Assembly (NCBI GenBank): GCA_977020255.1
Contig: CDROCS010002597.1
Location: 372,001-407,041 of the forward strand
From: Obrimoposthia wandeli
Lineage: Eukaryota
Length of the DNA: 35,041 bases
Reading direction: 5' to 3'
Notes under the pieces: model-generated
What the model was told of the DNA's origin: nothing
Databases searched by the model: none
Seen by the model: the letters and a program-made list of their open reading frames with translations, nothing else
Shown: in pieces, positions 10,931 to 22,100 of the stretch
Layout of the letters: each line of letters opens with the position of its first letter
How positions within the stretch are numbered: the first letter of the stretch is position 1
Translations under genes and position numbers: made by a program

Positions 10931-11242
10931 TATTGAGATTTCATTTTAAACTTAGAATCTTCGTAAGGAGACCCCCAACATGAGTTCTGTAGAGAAAAGG
11001 GTTACATGTGGATAAAGCTGACCTACCCTAGTATCTGATGGTTTATCTGTTGTGTTAAATAGTTTGTGTTCAGGATAACGTGAAGTACCCTAAAACTATT
11101 GTTATGTTGTGTGGAACTGAATAATAAGCCGGTTAAGCCAAATTGATTTTAGTTTCAAAAATATTCTGACCAAAACCAAGACCAGAAATAAACAAAAACT
11201 AAGCCGGTCTATATCAACGTCAACGGTAACCCTCTGAATATC
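10931..11242 (-). repeat. Diverged copy of the non-coding module at 15344-15686
   Basis: Colinear blocks by eye: GATAT..CAG..GG....CGTT..CGTTGAT, GGCTTAGTTTTTG, ACAATAGTTTTAG, GTTATCC.GAAC, ATCCA.ATGTAA.CC, CTACAGAACT...GTTGGGG. Confidence 0.7.
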
Positions 11243-12040
11243 TCAGGCCTCGGGTTAGCGTCTCGTTGGTTAATTCTGGTGAAAGTTTAAATTCTCTAGA
11301 CTGGTGATGCTCCAAAAGCTTGTTGTGATACTAGAGATGGTGTTATTAAAAGTCTTAATCGTTTGAGTTGGAAAATATTTAGTTATATTCTAAACTTTAA
11401 CACCCATAAACTGTTACAATTTAAATCCGTAAGTTTTAAAGAATTTAAACATTTTGGAATTTTACATTCCTGATTATGTATATGAAGGAAATAGTTTCCA
11501 GCTTGAAATTGATCCCAGTCTGGCTTTTAAATATGATCTAGGATATTTGATTACTCCAATTCTAGATGAAGAACAATGGAATATCTCAATACGTCTCAAT
11601 GGATAATTTGCTGATGACGGGAAAATGCAGCCTCTTTGGACTTTGAAGCTATAAGATGTTTTATGATATGATGTTTTATTATAAGCCAATATGATGTTTT
11701 ATGTTTAATAAATGTTTTGAAAATAATTTTGACTCGTATTTTGTTTTACTCCTCTAAATTATATAGATCTGACCTAATTTTTCTCTTATAAATCTGACCT
11801 AAATATTTAACTAAAACATGTAGTAATCTCAAATCTTTCTTAAAAATAGTAGTAATATATTCACATATTATTTTAAATCTCGTCTGCGATAAGCCGATGG
11901 GGTCAATATGGATTCCCGTGGTCTTCTCTAATCACCTTTGAGATTCGTGGTAAATTTCAAAGTAAAATAAAAAATATGTGGGAGGAGGACCCCCCCTCCT
12001 ATTCGATGCTTTTTCAATTTTTCAAAAAAAAAATTTCCCT

Positions 12041-12145
12041 ACACACATACACGAAAATTCACTCCACACACATGCACGGTTTTAAAGGACAGTGGTAGCA
12101 ACCCCGGGGGAAGGGGGTGGATTAGACCGGAAACATCCACCTACT
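12041..12145 (-). mobile_element. Maverick/Polinton terminal inverted repeat end (5'-AGTAG on the - strand)
   Basis: Matches the reverse complement of 26775-26860 (CACTCCACACACATGCACGGTTTTAAAGGACAG...GTGGATTAGACCGG...CATCCACCTACT). Mavericks typically end in 5'-AG...CT-3', often AGTAG. Confidence 0.7.
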
Positions 12146-12516
12146 AGCTTATATTGAAAAAAATACTGAGTCATGATTAATATTATGTTTTTTTAATAAT
12201 GTACTAACATGTTTATTATAAAACTACTTTCCATTATCCGTTTGGAAATTTGTTGGTTTTATTTCTTTAATCAAAAGCTACACTGGCTCTAAAACATCAG
12301 TACTGGACTTATATTTTAATGAATAGCTCGTGCAAATCTACTAGAGACAACAATACAAGTTAAAATATATTGATGTCCACCGTTAATACTTACATACGGT
12401 ATCATTTCCATCAAATTTGCTTGGCATAAATCATTCGGGCCAGTCGTTTTGTATGATCTCGATGGGAACCGACGTCTCAACGGTTTGTTTAAGCTGTAAG
12501 CTAATTGATTTCTCAA
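12146..12516 (-). pseudogene. Maverick/Polinton retroviral-like (rve) integrase remnant
   Basis: RRRFPSRSYKTTGPNDLCQANLMEMIPYVSINGGHQYILTCIVVSSRFARAI, then after frameshifts KPTNFQTDNGK*FYNKHVSTLLKKHNINH. Truncated before the catalytic Glu. Confidence 0.8.
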
Positions 12517-12759
12517 CTACGTCTGAGTTTCCTTTTTCCCTTTCTTTGTCTCTTTTGCTAATTTTGAAACTCCTGTGTAACCAACGGGATGACTTGGATC
12601 GAACCATATTTTCTCTATTACAACAAGACGATTTGATTTTTATATTTATTTTAGGAATAGATGGAAGTGATCCCATATATAAAACTCATATTATTGATTC
12701 GAATTTATGTTTATAATCATCGTTTTATTAGTCTACTAACAATTGATACAAGAAATCCT

Positions 12760-13050
12760 AAAATCCACCAATTTGCTTATACAGCAACTAACGTTTACTG
12801 ACTCGTTTTTTGGCACGAAACAAAACAAGTAGAGGTCTTTTATGTCGGTTCACTTTAACATTAACAGTTACTTACCAGAAACTATTTTCTGTACCATATT
12901 AAGTAAATCATCTATTACAAAAGTAAGAAATGATTTAAGAATAGTTGGACGACGAATAGCAGGTGTACGCATTAGAGAATTGAAATAGGCAATCCTCCTA
13001 GATTTCATATTAACAATTATTTTCTTATTTGATTTTTGAGCAACCATTTT
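12760..13050 (-). pseudogene. Maverick small conserved ORF remnant (basic region ending QIGGF)
   Basis: MVAQKSNKKIIVNMKSRRIAYFNSLMRTPAIRRPTILK... and, frameshifted, AKKRVSKR*LLYKQIGGF. It resembles the basic 'QxGGF' ORF of Mavericks and lies between the ATPase and integrase remnants. Confidence 0.45.
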
Positions 13051-13139
13051 CCTTGCACTTAAAACTCATTTAATCACTTTTTTAACTTCAGGTTTAATAA
13101 TTTACATTTTAAAATTAATCTTCGAGAAACTGGTTTCTT

Positions 13140-13373
13140 TGATTGTTTATAGATGATAATTTCTGATGGATTGAATATATCGGTTCTAAATCTTATGTCA
13201 TCAGGACAATCTTGAGTAAAATCAATAAAAATGTATCCATGAGGAATAATAGTTGCATCTTGAAATGAATTAATTAGGAAATTTATATTATTCAGGTAAT
13301 TTGGACTTGAAACAAAATCAGCACCCGTCTGAATACGTGAATTCTTGAAGAGAACAAAGTAATGTACATTTAA
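13140..13373 (-). pseudogene. Maverick/Polinton packaging ATPase, C-terminal remnant
   Basis: LNVHYFVLFKNSR...FQDATIIPHGYIFIDFTQDCPDDIRFRTDIF matches the LNxxYxxLFKNPRD...DATxxPHGYLxIDxxQxTPxxxRxRTNIF pattern. Confidence 0.8.
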
Positions 13374-15203
13374 ATTACGAGTTCTATGATTATCTCCTTG
13401 ATGAAATAGATTTGTGATAACTTCTGATAACTTGTGATAACTTCTTTTATCTTCACTTCATCAATAGTTTCTTCTCTTCTAATCGCTGTTGGTGGTGATG
13501 TTGTTGGTAATGTTGCTGCTGCTGATGATGTTGCCACTGATGTAATTTTCTCCATTTTTCAGTTCAGAGTTGAAGGTTTTACTCTTATATACTAATCGAG
13601 GTTTGATTTCATTAGAGCATCAGTTTCATCATAACTGCATGATTTAATTGGAGTATTATTCAAATTTTTAATTTTACTTAACATCTCATGTAAATGTAGT
13701 TGATGATGTAACCTAAATATAGAGTTAAATTAACTACTAATAAAAATGACTTATTATTATTTTTCTTAATTAAAGCACCGAGAATAACTCATGCAAGATC
13801 TTGTAATGCATCCTGCACCTCTTTACAATCAATAACTTCATCCATTTATGATAAAGCAAATAAAATATTGTTTATAACTCAGAAAACAAAGAAAAATCTA
13901 TTTTAATAAGTGTTGAATTTCACCAGTATTACTGATTAAGTATGGAATTAAATAAGTAGTATTGATAAAGTATTGAATTAAATTGAGAGTTAATCCATTC
14001 TAGAGTGTCACCCTATTGTTGTGTAACGTTGTATTAATAATTTTTAAAATAAATATAGTTAAAATAAAGTCGCAAGACAAAATTCCATTTTAATATTGAC
14101 TACCCCTTGCATAATATTCGGATTAACTAACCTATAGGTCAGCTGAGTATTAACTCACGTGGCGGTGATCCAAACCCTGGTGTACTCAGAGGATAACTAA
14201 GCCCCGATGTTAAATTATTTGATTAGGATAAAATTTGTCTCATGTTCGTTAGATATCATAGCAAATGGTAAAACTGTTATATGAAAAAACGGAATCCAAA
14301 TTGTTATTTTCTAAAAATGTTCAATATCCAAAATTAAATTCGTGTCTACCAAAAATTGTGTCATTAACAATACTGTCTTTACTGCAGACATATCTGCGAA
14401 TATTCACAATGCCAACTACTGCAAACAGGGACACACATAGGGACATGATAACGTCCAACAATGATAGCAGCAGAACACTAGCACAGTTTTAGTATACATT
14501 TACGATGATATTAGAGATTAAATTGTGCTGACACAGAACGAGAAGAAAACAATGGGAAATAGCACAGAAGAGATTGTCAGGTTGAGAAATTTGACGTATC
14601 TCGATAGTGAAAAATACTGCGGCAACACCGCTATGAGATGGAGAAAAGATAGAAGGCTGCACATGGATGTGGTCTGTACGGAGGAATATGTTCGTTAGGT
14701 CATAGAGGGAGAGTGTTATACCATGGAGAAAAGAAACAGCTCCACCTGATGGAGAAATACAGGGAAAGAGGCGGCTTTAGGAGAGATATAATCAGTTGAC
14801 CACTGCCAGCTAAAAACGCTGTCCAACTGATCCGTAACTCATGTACCGAGAATGTATACCACCGCGAAATTGTTGTTGCTGTTGGGTATAGAAGGAAATC
14901 GATTGAAACACCGATTGGCAGGAGAGATGGAACTGCATTAGGCACAACACAAACGACTGCAGACAAGTGGATCACATATGTCTCTCCATGTACCGGCTCG
15001 ACTAGCGGAAGCAGCAGACTGTCATCCACAGCCGACCGATTTGGATGACAGAGGAAGATTGTGAGAAGGACGGTGGAGGAGGACGATGTAGAAGAAACCG
15101 GGACCACTAGAGATTGGTTTGTGAGGCTGCTGTTGCTGGGCGGAAAAGTATTTGTTGTCAAACCACTTTATCTTGTTAGATTTATCTCTGACATTATGTG
15201 CCC

Positions 15204-15254
15204 CCTCCCTGACGAGCCTGGCAAGCCAAAACGGGGGTTTTCCCCCATCAGAGG
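15204..15254 (+). ncRNA. Degenerate hammerhead ribozyme (HHR3), probably inactive
   Basis: CCUCC-CUGACGA-GCCU(GGCA)AGCC-AAAA-CGGGGG(UUUU)CCCCC-AUC-AGAGG. Lesions: stem II mismatch (15226), G12>A (15228), C-A mismatch in stem III (15247) and a stem I mismatch. Flanks match HHR2 (ACATTAT..GCCCC upstream; GAG(G)TTAAAATT downstream). Confidence 0.7.
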
Positions 15255-15343
15255 TTAAAATTGTTTTCTTCCCTGATTGTGGTCACCTCAGTCAAATATC
15301 AATTTAAATGATTTGACATAAATAAATTTTAAATCCCAACACT

Positions 15344-15686
15344 GATATACCAGCGGACTATCGTTAGCGTTGATTGGTTGTGGCTTAGTTTTTGCCGATT
15401 TTAGGTCTTGTGTATCACAGACAATTTTTAACTAAACTATAAATTGGCCCAACTGTCTTAGTTTATCAACACCACACGACACAACAATAGTTTTAGAGCC
15501 CCTCTTGTTATCCAGAACTCAATTTATATACACAACACAAGCAACACAATTAGAAACATTCAGATAAGTGAGACAAACCTTCAGAGAATTTAGTATAGGT
15601 AGGCTACATCCATATGTAAGCCCTATCGCTACAGAACTAACGTTGGGGTCCTTCGTACGAGGATCTAGTTTGTTAGAAACCCCAAC
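15344..15686 (+). repeat. Non-coding module downstream of HHR3, homologous to 10931-11242 (-)
   Basis: Same colinear blocks as the 10931-11242 copy. Ends in a GTTGGGGT...ACCCCAAC stem enclosing an inner hairpin. Confidence 0.7.
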
Positions 15687-16144
15687 ACATATACACTGAG
15701 AGTATATGTAGAAATGATGAACTTTTAAAGTAAATTTGTAAGGACTTTTAACTTTTAAAAAATTTGAACATATTTCTTTCTCAAAAGGTTTGCTTTTGTA
15801 TTTATGTTAAAAATACAAAAAGTACGTTCTTAGATAATTTTGAAAGTGTTTACAATACGGATTATTTAATGAAGAAAATGTACATTTTCAAAAAGACACT
15901 CTTTTTTTTAAGATGCAAAACATCAATTATTTCTTATTTGTTGATATCAGTTTTATAATTCATTTTAGTTGTTATAATAAAAAGTATAATTAATTTTCTA
16001 TTAGTTGTTTTAAAATATGAAACTATAAGAACATAGCAAATAAAAATTCAAATCATTTTGAAATACGTTAACAAATTTTTAAAGTAATTAAAATATATTT
16101 TTTGTTGATAATTTGAAAATTATTTAATACCATTATTCTGCATA

Positions 16145-19100
16145 ATGAGTGTAGAGAATGCAGGTTGGAAAATCAATCCTGGATACAGTACAAACGTACT
16201 GATAAATAATTGGTTTGAAGAACGATTACAAGTGAGAGTGTTTTAGTTGATAATTATATATTTTATTGTGTGTTCAGTATGACAAAGAGCTGCAGAATCA
16301 CTCTACCACCTATCGTACTAGTTTCAATCGCGGTTCGAATCCCTTTCCTGATGTCATAAATCGTCGACGGAATTGGCTGAGAAGTGACGGAGTGGGCCCA
16401 GACTTTTTGTTGAAGCACCACGGTCACGTGTATGAAGATTCGCGAATCACCTGGTACGACCAGGACTTCAACAAGCGGGAGCGACGAGGCAGGAATATTC
16501 TGCCTCCTCTACGCCAGTGGGATAGCAGCACTATGCACTGGATCCCAGAGAAATCAGACTTTCCCATTTACGGTGCGAGCAATCGATATTTCATCATCAC
16601 ATTCACCTTCATAATTGGGAAACGCAGTTTAGACATCGATCCCAACTTGTAGGTCAAATTTCATGAGTGTGGACGGATATAGAAAATATATTTTTCTGTT
16701 GCAGAAATGTTGAAACCCAGGCGGCGTCAGCTTTAAGTTGAAATATATCCCAAATTTCTGGAGATATGTAAATGAAACTTTGCATATTTAATATAGACAT
16801 CGATCAAAACTTGCACCCTAAATTACGTCATCTTTTCCAAACGGGATTCAGTCGGGATTCAACAAAAACAATTTTTCACTGAGTAATAAAATTCTGATGG
16901 AACTGAAATTTGGCAAGCAACTTGTGATCGATGTCTGGCCTCCATTTCCAAAGTTTCGTTCAGAAATATTTATTCCTTCTGGAGATATTCTCCCGCAAAG
17001 CCGGTTTGACCCGCATTTATACATTTCTGAAAGTACATTATTAAGGGAATTCATAAATAATAAACCATCAAATTATCTATGTGATCACGGAGTCTTTTGG
17101 AGTGATTTTCAAAAAGGTTAAAAATGATTTTATCGCTTTGACCATTACCGACAAATAATACTTCGTTCATTGTTAATATTTTATTTAAATAACATTTTCA
17201 AAATATCTTGTTCTCGGTATGATTTAAGAATCGTTTTATTTACATTTTCCTTTCTTAGCTATTTAGGATTATTATTTTTTCAACAAATTATAGCTTCATT
17301 TTACATGCATTTTGAAAGTTGTTTTAATTAATAGTAAACATAACAACATTTTTAAACTCATTTTAAACAATTTATTTACGCAACAATTTATCAAACATGG
17401 ATCGGAAAATTATTTTGTTTTTGTTTTTGTTACTGGTAGTCAATAATTTTGTTTTGTTTGTTAGATATTTAGCTTCAGAAATGTATAAATGCTGGTCAAA
17501 CCGGCTTTGCGGGAGAATATCTGCGGAGGAATAAATATTTTTGAATGAAACTTTGGAAATGGTGGCCAGGCATCGATCACAAGTTGCTTGCCAAATTTCA
17601 GTTCTATCAGAATTTTATTACTCAGTGAAAAATTGTTTTTGTTGAATCCCGGCTGAATCCCAGATGGAAAAGATGACGTCCAAAATTTGGGTTTAGACTG
17701 ATTGTTTATCTCAGTAAAATTAACTTGAAAATATGATATGAAAGTTTGGGCCACGGTGAAAAATCAGATGAAACCGGAGCTGTGTAGTCACTACCCAAAA
17801 TCCGACTCCAACTCCAAGAAAACTCCGAATCCACAGTCGCTTCCACTTTTAAGCTACATAATCAAATGTCCTCCTATACATACATACGCTACTCTACTGT
17901 ATATTTAGAGCAATTTGAGAATTTGCCTAATAATAGTACACATCTCCACTTCATTGAAGCAGCAATACCATCTACAATTGGCCCCTTTCTTTGGGACAGT
18001 TGAAATTTATGGTTCTTCGACTCTTTCAAGAAAATTCCTGGTGTTAAATCATCAGATTGAAATATTTTAGTCTGCAATTGAGTGATGAATCAGCTCTGCC
18101 AATTCAGACCTCTTTGTCCATTGAGGCTCGGCCATATCCACAGGAAAATGATTCGGGCCCAGCAAGCGCTGACTCATTAAGTAGGTACTTCTCCAGCGTA
18201 AAGTTTGATCCGTCATTGAGCTCTTCCCAGCGCCTCTTTTAACAAATAATCCAGTTTTGGTGTTCTGGCAGCGGGACTACATTTCTTGTCAATCAGATCT
18301 GTAAAATAAAAATAGTGACGAAAAATCATCTCTCACATTCTGTAGTTTTCAGGGTTTCTTCGGTTGTATACTAATATATTTTGCAAAGATGGAATGGCTC
18401 TTAAACGGTAATTTAAACACACCTTTCGAAATTGCGCCTGCTAGTTGTTACGGTCTTATTATGGATGTCACATTATAGTTGCATTACTTTTGTGAAGTTT
18501 TTATATTTTAGGGTCGGAGTTTATTCGGCGCTGGGCAAGGGTTATGACCGAGAATTTTTTCTCACACAGAAACTTTTTATCTGTAGTAATTTTCAAACAA
18601 TTAATTTAATTAACAAAATGAATAGGACATAGGGAAATATACGATAAGATTATAAGTAAAGAATACAAATACATCCGTGGCTATTACCAGAATCAAGTAA
18701 AAATATAAATGAGTGCAAATGATCAAAATTGTCTATCTACATTTTCCCTTTCTTCGCGGCTCAGCTTTCAAACATGAACAAACTCTCAGAGGACATTTGC
18801 AGTAACGTTGTCTTTGGCAGGAGTCCCTTCTCCAAGGCTATATGATCCGGTTCTTGTTCAACTTGAATTTTGCTGCAGCGTTCCAATAGCACAATTCGAT
18901 ACATCGCCTGCGGTCACAGCTCCCATAACATTTGCTAATATCACTCAATATCCCCAGTATCACACCGGTCACTGTTCACACTGCGCTGGTTCCCCCAGGA
19001 GCATAATTTGAGATTTGCAAAAATAGGCGCTGAGGGAGATTTACACTTTTAGGGAACTTAAAAATTAAATGGTAAACTGAACTCTTTAACTGGAAAACTC

Positions 19101-22100
19101 CTTCATAACGTCTTACTTTTCTTTCTATCCTCCTCTTCAATCCATAGAGTCCTTTTGAAAAGGAAATGATCAAGACGACTCGACAAATCAGAGTACAAAA
19201 GCTCGTCTTTGAAACGTTGCTGTCACGCACCAATGACCTAAGTTTCAGTGCCATATCACCAATACCTCTTTCAACACATCGCTGACTTTGCAGCTGTCTG
19301 AAATGTCCCTTAATCCGGATGAAGTTTGTAAAATTGATGCCAACTTCTGGAAATGTTAGAAAATGATATCAGACCTTAAAAGTCTTTCTAGTATCGTTCA
19401 GCATTTCAAAACAGCAATAATTATATTCGATTTCGTATTACAAAGTCCAAGGAAACTTGCAATTATCTCTACCATTTTAATTTTTTAGAAAAATATTTAG
19501 AGACCTTATATTTTTATTTTCTGAATAGCAAAGTCTTCAGCTGCTTCTTGAATTTTTCAATATTGTTTTAGTTTTTATTATGTTATTTGAGTTTTTTGAC
19601 TAATCTGCTGTTATTATCGTTGCTTCTAAAATGCTTATACATGTTTGCTGCACCAGGCTCGAGAAGATTTTAAAAATATTTGAGATTTTGTGAGAGAATA
19701 CATTTTTTGATAAAAAGTAATTTATTGAAATGAATTCTGACATTGATCGGTAGCCAATAAAGCTTCATCAAATTTTCACTTCTGCTAGCACTTTTCTTTA
19801 GTTAATTTAAAATCACAATATTAGACTGTTGTAACACTAAAAGTAAGAATACGGACTCGAATATATTAATCTAACTCCCAAATCCAATATGTCGTCAATT
19901 CAGATCTGCATGTTCTTCGCTTTACTACTTATTTGGCGACATCAAGTCGTGAGAAATAAAGGTGTTCAATACTGTTTGACGCGCCTTGATTTGGATTGAA
20001 TGTCAGTTCAAAAAGTGTGGTGGCAAATGTGAGTAAAGTTTTGTCGACGAATAACCGAGTGCATGAAGGAACGGATTCTTATGTCGATGACATCGTGGTC
20101 AAGGAGGTTCGAAACCTTTTAGATGAATACGGTTTTGAATCAAAGCAAGCGGAACCATTGTCTGGAGTACTCGTGCTTGGGTTGCGTGTGTTTCTAGAAG
20201 CTAACCTTATGTCATGGATAATGGACAATATGTTGACGGGCTTTGAAAGCGCAATTACTTGCAGAACACATTTTTCCTTGTGTGGTATGTTGTTAGGTCA
20301 TTTCCCTGACACAGGATGGCTGAGGCCGGAAACAAGTTACATAAAACGATTGACAAATGGAATGAAGTGGAATAATGTTGTTGATGCAAATGTAATGGTG
20401 TTAGTAGAAGAGATGTGGGCGCGTGTTATAAAGAATGATCCGTACATGGAATATGGTCATTTTCAAATACATGCGCAGGGACTGTTTGGTGTGATCCGAG
20501 TTGTCTGGCGATCGGTGTTGTGGTCGACATCGGAGGGGATGTCGTGTAAGATTTCAATTAGTTGCGGAAAGTTAATGACGGGTCACATATTAACCCTGCC
20601 GAGTTGGAGTCCGTCATTAAAGGATTGAATTGTGCCATCAAGTGGGGTTTGTCTCAAATCACTGTGATGACAGATTCTTCAACTATGTACGGGTGGTTGA
20701 ATGTTAAAACAACTGGTCCATATATAAAGTGAAAACTCATGGTTTAGGAGAAGCTTTGGCACATAGACGAATGTCCATGGCGAAAGATTTGATAAGTGAA
20801 TGTCGTCCTGGTGTAGTCGTGTGGTTTGTTAAGTCAGCACAAAATGAAGCAGATGAACTTACCCATGTTCCACATAGTTGGTTAGCAAAGCGCTGCATTG
20901 CAAACATAGCGCGTAGCGGGACATCAAACGCGTGAAGCCCATACGCAAGTTGAATCATTTTAGTATTTATAAGACGTTGTTTGTGGTGAACCACCAATAT
21001 CCCGACTTAAAAGTAATGCGTGGGGAAATTAAATCCATTGCACAGAACATTGAAAGATGCTTGCATGTCGATCCTTCTCAGTTAAATGGAAACATGGAGA
21101 GTTGGCTGTAGAAAGAAGTTGGAGTCGTTTGGCATGTGACGTGGCACATTATCTTGAGAAACGTCACCTGACAATTATTGACTGTGGTCCTAGCTGTTTA
21201 TGTGTGAGGAAGTTGTTAAAAGACGAAACGAAGTTGGAAGTGTCCAGTGCAATGGCGGATGTTTTCAGGGAGCATGGACTACCGGATGAGCTGTTATTCG
21301 ATAATGGTGCAACTCTCCGTTCCCATATGTTTGGCGAATTGTGTAGCAAAATGAAGGTGAAGGTTTATTTATCGCAGTACATATCGACCGTCGGGAAATG
21401 GCATTGTGGAGTGGGTACACCGTACTGTGAAGCAGATGGCGGCTAGAAGGGATGTGGATGTACGAGACATGGCTTAATGGTTAAAAATAACCCCGCGTGA
21501 TGAAACAAAAATTGAATCAGTACCCGTGAATGTGTTGTACAAGTATGAGTGGCGGTATCTGAATGTTGTTGGCATTGCATTCTCTGTTGCTGCAACATCG
21601 AATTAATTTGTCGTTGGGTCCAAGGTTTTCGTTAAACCACCAGGGATGCGATGTATAACACATTGGCCGAAAGGAACCGTCACTGGAAGTGAACGGCATC
21701 TCGAGGCACGTGTCTGGTTTGAGGTTGATTCCTGATACAATGGATGAGGTGGATCGAAACGTTGAGACGACTCATGCGGAGATATTTGACGAAGAGGTTC
21801 AACCTGATGAAGTGATGATCGGGGAGGAAAGCGGCGCTGGGGTGACAGATGCAAACAAAGTTCCCGGCGCGAGCGGTAGACCTGCTAGGCAAACGAGACG
21901 ACCAGCGTTTCTAACAGATTACATCGAATAATGATCTTGAGATCATGTGTGGCTTTTCTATTTATTTAAACAAATCGCCAATCACAACTGTGACATCTAA
22001 AAGTAACAATTATACATTTTGTAATTTATGTATGTAATTTTACTTAAAACTTTGATTTATATTATATTTTTAGATTTATTACGATGAAACAGCAATCAAC

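Noticed and set aside
13995-14200. TCTAGAGTGTCACCCTATTG resembling the HHR1 3' flank, and a CTGAGTA/TACTCAG stem
   Set aside because: There is no ribozyme core upstream, and the match is too short to separate from chance.
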